From Nanobdellota archaeon (GTDB lineage Archaea > Nanobdellota > Nanobdellia > Parvarchaeales > Parvarchaeaceae): a DNA stretch of 52,058 nucleotides. This document shows positions 44,887-52,058 of this stretch, piece after piece (position 1 is the stretch's first letter; the number at the start of each line of letters is the position of its first letter). The stretch covers positions 1 through 52,058 of the forward strand of contig JAJZNV010000008.1 in the NCBI GenBank assembly GCA_021852265.1. Reading direction: 5' to 3'. The notes under the pieces were generated by a model. The model was not told the DNA's origin, did no database searches, and worked only from the letters and a program-made list of their open reading frames with translations. The translations under genes were made by a program, and so were the position numbers.

Positions 44887-45293
44887 ATTATCGACTCCGA
44901 TACAAACCAGACCAGTGCCGCTATCCAAAATACTAATCCGATAAAAGGCACTGCACGATAAATTAAATTTGCATGTTTATTCACCGTTACCAAGGATTTA
45001 TATGATGAATTCAGATGTCCAAATGCAAACCCATTGCTCATGACCATTGATAAACCCATCATAAGAGAAAACAACTGGGGTGTAAAGAGGACCCAAATTA
45101 TAACTATCAGATAATTTAGATAACTAGACAATGAGATAAAAAAGAGACTGAAAATATAAAAGGCAAATGCAAATAGCCCAAACAAGATAAGAATCCTGTA
45201 GAAAAGCATATGAAAGAATGCTTGTGGGTTAAATGCAAGTTGTCTAAGCAAATTTGATTCTGGACCACGCACATCGTAGGTTTTTTTGCCCAT
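44883..45293 (-). CDS. Three-TM membrane protein in the sdh operon, probable non-canonical anchor (start likely 45293)
   Basis: Between sdhA and sdhB with tight junctions; three hydrophobic helices. Confidence 0.7.
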   Translation of the reverse strand: MGKKTYDVRGPESNLLRQLAFNPQAFFHMLFYRILILFGLFAFAFYIFSLFFISLSSYLNYLIVIIWVLFTPQLFSLMMGLSMVMSNGFAFGHLNSSYKSLVTVNKHANLIYRAVPFIGLVFWIAALVWFVSESII

Positions 45294-45295
45294 CC

Positions 45296-47032
45296 TTAAT
45301 ACACCCGCGGCTCCGGTTTCCACCTTGTTATTTTTACGGGCAGATAGGATATCCCAATACCGGTTTTTGTTTTATAGATTAGAGTATGCTTTAACCAGTT
45401 CGTATCATCACGCTTCGGATACTCAATCATTGCATGTGCGCCACGGCTTTCTTTGCGGTTTACTGCACAGGCAGTTATTGCCTCTGCTAGTTCAAGCAAA
45501 TTATCCAATTCCAACACATCGCGTAGGTTTGTATTATAAATTTTGCTCTTATCCTTGATGTATATGTTCTTAAAGTCCTCCTTAAGTTCCGCGATTTTGT
45601 TCTTAGCCGATATTAAACCGTTCCTCGTTCTATAAACGTAAACCAGTTTGCCCATCGTTTTTTGCAATTCGGCTTTTATTGAATATGGATCGACATTGCC
45701 ATCTTTATCTAGTAAAGATGCCGCTCTAACTTCCTCCCTTCTCAAGAGTTGTTTTGACATTGGGACTTCGGCTGTCGATTCCAAATACTTAGCGACGGCA
45801 GTACCGGCTATCCTGCCCCATACGGAGCACTGACTTAGCGAGTTGCTACCGAGTCTATTTGAACCATGTACGCTTACACAGCCACATTCTCCTATAGCCC
45901 ATAAACCTTTTACAATGGTTTTGCCCTCATCTGCCATCACCTGCCCATTCAAATTAGTGTGGATCCCTCCCATAGTAAAATGCGCAGCTGGACGAACTGG
46001 CAACGGTTTATCTACAGGATTTATGTTAAGGCTTTTTTGTGCTATCTCCTTTATCATAGGAAGCCTCTCATCTATTATTTTTTTACCTAAATGTCTTAAA
46101 TCTAAGTATACATACTCAAGGCCTGATTCATGATCTGTAAACCCTCTTCCCTGCTCCATCTCTGTTATTATTGCTCTGGAGACTATGTCCCGAGGTGCGA
46201 GCTCCATCTTACTTGCAGCGTAGTCCTTCATAAAGCGTTCTCCCTTTGAATTAAGTAGATAACCACCTTCGCCCCGCGCTGCTTCTGTTATTAGAATTCC
46301 ATTAGGCACTAATGCCGTAGGGTGAAACTGCACGAACTCCATATCCTTTAGCGGAAGGCCTTCTCGATACACAAGAGCTAGACCATCTCCAGTACTGGAG
46401 TGAGAAGTAGTTGTAAAATCGTACACCCTGCCCGCACCGCCGGTTGCAATTATCGCAGCTTTCGCCCTGATCACTTTGCTTGAGCCCGTTGCCAGATCTA
46501 GCACTGTAACTCCCAAAAACTTTTTATTTTCGACTAGAAGCTTGTAAACAAAATGCTCGTGTAGGATATCAACGTTTTTTAGGTTAGTCGTCTCATCATA
46601 AAGAGCACGCATCATAAAGAACCCAGTTTTGTCTGCCGCAAATGCCGTTCTAGGTATACTCATTCCCCCAAATGCTCTTTGCTGTATCTTACTATCGTCA
46701 TCGCGGTTCCAGGACACACCTATATGGTCAAAAAACTCTATCTCGGTAGGCGCATTTTTTACAAGCAACTCTACAGCGTCCTGATCTGCCAGATAATCTG
46801 ACCCTTTTATAGTATCATACGAATGCAGTTCCAATGAATCGTTTTTAGCCTCGGGGTATAACACTCCGGAGATACCGCCCTCGGCAGCTACTGAGTGACT
46901 GCGCATTGCATGAAGTTTTGTGATTATCGCTATTTTTATCTTACCAGAGCTGGCTTTGCTGGCATGTATTGTAGCAGTCAGTCCTGCGATACCACTGCCA
47001 AGAACTATCAAATCATAGTCTAAGGTTTCCAT
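45296..47032 (-). CDS. sdhA: Succinate dehydrogenase/fumarate reductase flavoprotein
   Basis: [16 protein letters not shown] (covalent FAD His), [30 protein letters not shown]. Confidence 0.97.
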   Translation of the reverse strand: METLDYDLIVLGSGIAGLTATIHASKASSGKIKIAIITKLHAMRSHSVAAEGGISGVLYPEAKNDSLELHSYDTIKGSDYLADQDAVELLVKNAPTEIEFFDHIGVSWNRDDDSKIQQRAFGGMSIPRTAFAADKTGFFMMRALYDETTNLKNVDILHEHFVYKLLVENKKFLGVTVLDLATGSSKVIRAKAAIIATGGAGRVYDFTTTSHSSTGDGLALVYREGLPLKDMEFVQFHPTALVPNGILITEAARGEGGYLLNSKGERFMKDYAASKMELAPRDIVSRAIITEMEQGRGFTDHESGLEYVYLDLRHLGKKIIDERLPMIKEIAQKSLNINPVDKPLPVRPAAHFTMGGIHTNLNGQVMADEGKTIVKGLWAIGECGCVSVHGSNRLGSNSLSQCSVWGRIAGTAVAKYLESTAEVPMSKQLLRREEVRAASLLDKDGNVDPYSIKAELQKTMGKLVYVYRTRNGLISAKNKIAELKEDFKNIYIKDKSKIYNTNLRDVLELDNLLELAEAITACAVNRKESRGAHAMIEYPKRDDTNWLKHTLIYKTKTGIGISYLPVKITRWKPEPRVY

Positions 47033-47133
47033 CAGCTTTAGCTTATACTTAAATTTGGAGGTGCAAATATAAAAAGATTTTAGGGCTTTTCATCGCGTAT
47101 TAAATATTTAAAACAGTATACACTAGGATTAGT

Positions 47134-48339
47134 ATGTTGGAAGTATCTACACAAAATTTTTTCATGCTCGGAGTTGCAGCTATACTATTGATTGGCTTCC
47201 TAGGTAAGGCAATAGCTAAAAAGACCAAAATACCAAATGTAGTTTGGCTGATAATTTTTGGTTTGATCTTATTTCCGGTGCTTAATTTCGTACCGACATC
47301 GACCCTTATATATTACACGCCATTTGCCTCTAGCATTGTTATAATCATTCTTCTTTTTAATGCAGGTTTGAATTTTAACATACGAAAGCTTTTCAGGGAG
47401 GTTTCAAGAGCATCGTTATTGGCAGTAGTTAACTTTATTCTGGCAGCTATTGCAGCATTTCTTCTAATGTACTTTTTAAAGGCAGGCACACTTGCTTCAT
47501 TGCTTACTGGATTGGCGGTCGGCAGTGTAAGTGCAGTAGCGATACCCTCAATAAATAGACCTGATAAATCAAAAGACAAGAGCTCATTATTGGTTACGAT
47601 TGAGTCCACTATAACGGAGCCTCTTGGTATAATTCTGGTTCTCGTTGTGATAAGTGCAGTTTTACTTAATAATTATAATGCGAATTTTATAGCGACCACG
47701 CTAGCATCAGAATTCTCGACTGGCATAGTTGTTGGCGGGTTATTCGCTTTGGCATGGATACCGACAATGAGCTACTTCCAAAGATTACATTATGAATACT
47801 CTTATGCTGCTTCACTGGCTTTAGTATTTATCGTATACGTCTTAGTGCAGGAAATTGGAGGAAGCGGTCCGATTTCAGCGCTAATCTTCGGCCTGATAAT
47901 TGCAAATGGTGAGGATATCTACCGTGCACTAAAATACAGACATAGCAGCTCGTTTACCTTAAGCAAGGAATCAAAATCTTTCAATGATTTAATAAGCTTT
48001 ATCACAATGTCGTTTTTCTTCGTTTACTTGGGCGGACTTATAATCCCGAATGATTATCTGTACTTAGCGCTAGGTGTACTAATAGGATTAGTTGTTCTGA
48101 TAACGAGAGAGATAGGCACGCATATTGCTCTATTTAAATCGGCTTTCTCAGACTATGACAAGAGGATAATCTCTTATATGTTTTCACGTGGAAGCGGTAC
48201 TGCGATAATCGCCGTATTACCGATAGCTTATGGTATATTGAATGTAGGGTTTATAGATATAATCATATCGGCAATTCTGACGACGATAGTCTTAAGTGGT
48301 GCGCTATTGACACACATCAATGCGCAGGAAATGATTTAA
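47134..48339 (+). CDS. Cation:proton antiporter (CPA/NhaP-like), paralog 1
   Basis: About 12 TM helices; IPNVVWLIIFG, LFNAG, ES motif, GGSGPI, SRG. Confidence 0.85.
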   Translation: MLEVSTQNFFMLGVAAILLIGFLGKAIAKKTKIPNVVWLIIFGLILFPVLNFVPTSTLIYYTPFASSIVIIILLFNAGLNFNIRKLFREVSRASLLAVVNFILAAIAAFLLMYFLKAGTLASLLTGLAVGSVSAVAIPSINRPDKSKDKSSLLVTIESTITEPLGIILVLVVISAVLLNNYNANFIATTLASEFSTGIVVGGLFALAWIPTMSYFQRLHYEYSYAASLALVFIVYVLVQEIGGSGPISALIFGLIIANGEDIYRALKYRHSSSFTLSKESKSFNDLISFITMSFFFVYLGGLIIPNDYLYLALGVLIGLVVLITREIGTHIALFKSAFSDYDKRIISYMFSRGSGTAIIAVLPIAYGILNVGFIDIIISAILTTIVLSGALLTHINAQEMI

Positions 48340-48343
48340 ACGT

Positions 48344-49573
48344 ATGTTCGGAAACCCAGTTGAAATATTTTCGATAGTCGCTGCAATAATACTTATAGGA
48401 TTCGCAGGGGATCAATTTTTCAGACGAACGGGCGTGCCGTCTTTTTTGTTTCTGATATTGGCAGGTATAATTATAGGGCCCATACTGGGAATATTCTCTC
48501 CAACTATGCTTTTACCGGCGCTAGGAACGATATCAATTCTTACCTTAACTATGGTTCTTTTTTCTGGAGGGATTTACATAAACATACGTGCTCTGCTTAG
48601 AAATGGGGGACGCATCTTCACTCAAGTTATTTTATATGTCATACTAAGCATGATTATAATCGCATTCTTTGCGCACAGCGTCCTCGGATGGGATTGGACG
48701 CAAGCACTTATATTTGGTTCAATTGTGGGCGGTGAAACTACCGCCGCAGTGATGGTGCCGCTTGCTAGACGACTTCCATTAGTAGAAGACGTTAGAGTAT
48801 TTCTTACAGTTGAATCCGCATTAAATTCGATATTAACTGTTATCTTCTTCATTACTTTCGTCGGCTTGTATCAAAGTGGTGGCGTAAGCCTTTCTAATGC
48901 AGTATCCTCCATTGCGTCTAATCTTTCGATTGGAATTGTGATAGGGTTGGCATTATCTCTGATTTGGATTTATCTATTAAATGCAATTAAAAAATACAAA
49001 TACACTTATGTACTCACGCTCGGGCTCCTTTTCTTAACGTATTCTGTAAGTTCATCACTCGGTGGGAGCGGACTATTAGCGGTGCTTATATTTGGGATAG
49101 TTCTCGGGAATCATGGATTCATAGGTGAAATAATACATAAGGTATTTAAGATGAGCACATTAGAAAAACGATTGGCAGAATTTCAGGAGGAGATTAGTTT
49201 TCTTTTGGAAACTTTCTTCTTTGTTTTTCTGGGACTTATATTTAGCATAGCATTGAGCAGCTTGCTGTTTGGACTTATAATCGGAAGTGCCATAGTCATT
49301 ATCCTTTTAGCCTCGCGCGCATTCGCAACAACAATCTCTACCTTCAGATCTAGACTTGCTTACAACAAAAAGACGATATTCTTGCTGTGTGCACAGGGAT
49401 TGACCCCTGCAACGCTTGCTATATTGGCATTGAGCTATAATATACCGCTTGCAAATACGTTTGTAGAACTAGTTACGTATATCATAATAATAACAAACAT
49501 TGTAACAACAGTTGGTTCATACCTTGCATTCAACTCTAATAAACCGAAGATGGCTAACGGTGCATCGGCATAA
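48344..49573 (+). CDS. Cation:proton antiporter (CPA/NhaP-like), paralog 2
   Basis: About 12 TM helices; VPSFLFLILAG, LFSGG, ESALN, GGSGLLAV, FFFVFLG. Confidence 0.87.
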   Translation: MFGNPVEIFSIVAAIILIGFAGDQFFRRTGVPSFLFLILAGIIIGPILGIFSPTMLLPALGTISILTLTMVLFSGGIYINIRALLRNGGRIFTQVILYVILSMIIIAFFAHSVLGWDWTQALIFGSIVGGETTAAVMVPLARRLPLVEDVRVFLTVESALNSILTVIFFITFVGLYQSGGVSLSNAVSSIASNLSIGIVIGLALSLIWIYLLNAIKKYKYTYVLTLGLLFLTYSVSSSLGGSGLLAVLIFGIVLGNHGFIGEIIHKVFKMSTLEKRLAEFQEEISFLLETFFFVFLGLIFSIALSSLLFGLIIGSAIVIILLASRAFATTISTFRSRLAYNKKTIFLLCAQGLTPATLAILALSYNIPLANTFVELVTYIIIITNIVTTVGSYLAFNSNKPKMANGASA

Positions 49574-49602
49574 TAAACTAAAAATAAAGGTTATATACTG
49601 GT

Positions 49603-50115
49603 TTGAATCTTAACCTAAGATATATGAAAGATAAACTTGCAGAGGTATTGAGTAAGAAAGGGGCGAATTATCGCCAACTAGTCAAAGCCAACGTGCTTCA
49701 AAAGGCGCTTGTTCTATTATATAGTAACTATAGTTTTGGTGATTTTGTAACTGCGTATAAAGAGAAGGACAAGTCAATTTATGTATACTCAGATGAAGCC
49801 TCTGGATTGGTGATAGAGCACCATTTTTATAATGACAATGCCGAACCAGATGAACTCATCATAAAATACAATGAAAGGACCGTATTTGATGCAAAAATAG
49901 AATCTGCATTGGAGCCGGAGGACCGTACTCAGAAAAGTTTAGACACATGTGATTTAAAGAACCTTAAATTTGATTATTCTATACTCAAGCATTGCCATGG
50001 TGACTGGGAATCTCGATTTGAGAAAGAATATGGTCTGGTTTTTACACACTATAAAATCAAAAGCACGTTAGAATCACAGACAACCCAGGATAAGCATTAC
50101 TGGGATAACGCCTAA
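49603..50115 (+). CDS. Hypothetical protein (start may be ATG at 49624)
   Basis: 170-aa ORF, no family recognised. Confidence 0.6.
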   Translation: MNLNLRYMKDKLAEVLSKKGANYRQLVKANVLQKALVLLYSNYSFGDFVTAYKEKDKSIYVYSDEASGLVIEHHFYNDNAEPDELIIKYNERTVFDAKIESALEPEDRTQKSLDTCDLKNLKFDYSILKHCHGDWESRFEKEYGLVFTHYKIKSTLESQTTQDKHYWDNA

Positions 50116-50198
50116 ATGACGCCACTTTGATAGTTAACGTAAATTTGGCAAAACTATTGCCTAATCAATTAAGCTTTAAATTTAATGAGTGAATTACA

Positions 50199-50336
50199 TT
50201 AAGATGGAAAATCTTAAATACAGCGGTCCAAAGCCGCCGGAACCAAATACACCTTTCCCATACCCCGGTAGAAAAAAAAGGTGATTTTGTACACTGTCCT
50301 AGACTGCTAGTGTGGCATTCACTTGACTACGGCTTA
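50199..50336. other. GC-rich intergenic element: candidate structured RNA and/or 26-codon Pro-rich ORF (50204-50284)
   Basis: 57/120 GC at 50221-50340 versus 12/60 just upstream; several stems; leaderless-spaced ATG. Confidence 0.35.
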
Positions 50337-50340
50337 ACAT

Positions 50341-50859
50341 ATGAGGGCTATCTTTATAGGCAGATTTCAGCCATTCCATAACGGTCATTTAAGTATTTTA
50401 AAAAAAATAATAAAAGAAAATGATTCTGTAATAGTTGCCATCGGAAGCGCACAATACTCAAACACGCCACAAAATCCGTTTAGTGCAGGCGAACGGATTG
50501 TTATTATCAACAAGATATTAAAGGAACTAAATGCAAAAGAATTTTACATTGTACCTATAGAAGATGTTGGAAATGATGAATTGTGGGCGTCAAAAATAGA
50601 AACTCTTTCGCCAGCATTTGAAGTAGTTTACACGAATAATCCCATCACTAGGCGTATTTTTGCCGGCAGGGATTACATTGTCAAAAGTCCCGGTCTAATA
50701 AAAAGGGACAGATTATCCGCCACAAATATAAGAAAATTAATGTCTAGTGGAAAAAACTGGAAAAACTTAGTACCGCACTCTGTTGCGGATGAGATTATAC
50801 GCATAAACGGAGTTGATCGATTAAAAATATTAATGCGCGCCGGTTTAGAGCGGTTTTAA
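50341..50859 (+). CDS. nadM: Nicotinamide-mononucleotide adenylyltransferase
   Basis: GRFQPFHNGH, GSAQ, NPFSAGER, SATNIR. Confidence 0.95.
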   Translation: MRAIFIGRFQPFHNGHLSILKKIIKENDSVIVAIGSAQYSNTPQNPFSAGERIVIINKILKELNAKEFYIVPIEDVGNDELWASKIETLSPAFEVVYTNNPITRRIFAGRDYIVKSPGLIKRDRLSATNIRKLMSSGKNWKNLVPHSVADEIIRINGVDRLKILMRAGLERF

Positions 50860-50931
50860 TCCATACAAAAGAGTAATTGAATACCCTAATCATGTCGGTA
50901 ACTTTATTTACTCACATCTTATAACTATAAT

Positions 50932-52058
50932 ATGGACTTTAGAATTGAGCATGATTATCTTGGCGAGGTTAAAGTTCCAAAAGACGCTTACTGGGGTGCA
51001 CAAACACAAAGAGCGGTGGAGAATTTTCCGATTTCTGGATTACGCCCTTACCCTGAATTCATAAGCGCCCTGATAATGGTTAAAAAAGCTGCAGCACAGG
51101 CCAACTTAAAGACCGGAGTACTTGATAAAAAGAAGGCGGAAGCGATAATCAGTGCCTCCGATGAGATACTTTCTGGAAAACTTAAAGACCAGTTTGTAGT
51201 TGATGTATACCAAGCTGGTGCTGGAACTTCCAATAATATGAACGCAAATGAGGTTATCGCAAATCGAGCTATAGAACTTCTTGGTGGGAAGAAAGGAGAT
51301 TACTCGATGATACATCCAAATGATGATGTAAATAAGAGCCAGTCAACAAATGATGTTATTCCGACTACAATGCGATTAACTATTATAACATTATTACTCC
51401 GCTTAAAAGAAACTGCCGATTATATGGAGATGGCGTTTATGAAAAAAGCCAAAGAATTCGATGGTATAGTAAAAAGTGGAAGAACCCATCTAATGGATGC
51501 TGCACCCATAAGACTCGGTCAGGAATTTGAGGCTTGGGCAAGGATGATTTCAAAAAGCAAGAATAGAATAGATGTCGTCTTAGAAAAATTAAAGGAGATA
51601 AATATAGGCGCCACTGCCGTCGGCACGGGACTAAACGCAGACCCGCGCTATAGAGATTTAACGATAGAGTACCTGAGTAAAATATCCGGTTTAGATTTAA
51701 GGCCAGCACAATTTTTGCCGGAAGCAACTCAATCGCTTGCCGACTTCTTAGAGGCTTCATCTGTCGTTAGGAGCCTTGCGGCGGATATGGTTAAAATAAC
51801 AAATGATATTCGTCTTCTAAATTCTGGACCAATAACTGGATTTGATGAGATTTCACTGCCGCCAGTTCAACCGGGGTCTTCTATAATGCCTGGCAAGGTA
51901 AACCCTAGTATGGCAGAAGCGGTTTTGATGGTATCATTCCAGGTAATCGGAAATGATGATGTAATCTTATTATGTACACAAGCAGGCCAGCTGGAGCTAA
52001 ACATTACGATGCCTCTCGTAATTTATGTGCTTTCTCATAGTATAACGATACTTAATAA
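50932..52058 (+). CDS. Aspartate ammonia-lyase / class II fumarase family enzyme, runs off the window end
   Basis: Hand-translated: MDFRIEHDYLGEV, QAGAGTS, SQSTND, GRTHLMDA, GSSIMPGKVNP signature; no stop before 52058. Confidence 0.93.
   Translation, partial: MDFRIEHDYLGEVKVPKDAYWGAQTQRAVENFPISGLRPYPEFISALIMVKKAAAQANLKTGVLDKKKAEAIISASDEILSGKLKDQFVVDVYQAGAGTSNNMNANEVIANRAIELLGGKKGDYSMIHPNDDVNKSQSTNDVIPTTMRLTIITLLLRLKETADYMEMAFMKKAKEFDGIVKSGRTHLMDAAPIRLGQEFEAWARMISKSKNRIDVVLEKLKEINIGATAVGTGLNADPRYRDLTIEYLSKISGLDLRPAQFLPEATQSLADFLEASSVVRSLAADMVKITNDIRLLNSGPITGFDEISLPPVQPGSSIMPGKVNPSMAEAVLMVSFQVIGNDDVILLCTQAGQLELNITMPLVIYVLSHSITILN

Noticed and set aside
50199-50340. Call as 5S rRNA, RNase P RNA, SRP RNA or tRNA
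   Set aside because: Only fragmentary resemblance. There is no CCGAAC loop C with matching helix I, no GAGGAAAGUCC, no SRP helix-8 motif and no T-loop/cloverleaf. Kept only as an unclassified candidate.
531-51760. Numerous short antisense or overlapping ORFs in the track (e.g. 531-866, 1627-2055, 38334-38750, 42123-42641, 51437-51760)
   Set aside because: They lie opposite or inside well-supported genes and show no family motifs; shadow ORFs
1-52058. Alternative genetic code, prophage, transposase or integrase
   Set aside because: Conserved genes read through under the standard code, and no mobile-element hallmark other than the intein was seen

Overview
AT-rich, gene-dense archaeal chromosomal segment. 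It is most likely from a DPANN lineage, Parvarchaeota-like; this is inferred from the fused PriS-PriL primase, divergent ribosomal proteins, DUF929 and an unusually complete central metabolism. Contents in order: a glycolytic operon (PfkB kinase, class I FBP aldolase, ROK kinase, TPI), SurE, the uL1-uL10-P1/L12 stalk genes, RadA, Mrp/ApbC, an extended cytochrome b, phosphomannomutase, RPA and SSB, deoxyhypusine synthase, primase, and a regulator-sufCBD operon. Two small accessory patches of orphan genes follow. Then comes a long TCA/energy block: PEPCK, citrate synthase, 2-oxoacid:ferredoxin oxidoreductase, thioredoxin, SucCD, TldD/PmbA, succinate dehydrogenase, two CPA antiporters, NMNAT and a truncated AspA/FumC gene. 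No rRNA, tRNA, CRISPR array or transposase was recognised. The most notable observations are: (1) a 158-aa mini-intein inserted inside the WCPG|CG Fe-S ligand motif of the oxidoreductase beta subunit; (2) a succinate dehydrogenase whose SdhB carries its own N-terminal transmembrane segment, next to an unrecognisable anchor gene; (3) an orphan cytochrome b fused to a large extra domain; (4) an 861-aa helical-repeat orphan upstream of uL1; (5) a GC-rich element upstream of NMNAT that is a structured RNA, a Pro-rich small ORF, or both. All family calls come from motif recognition by eye; no database searches were run.
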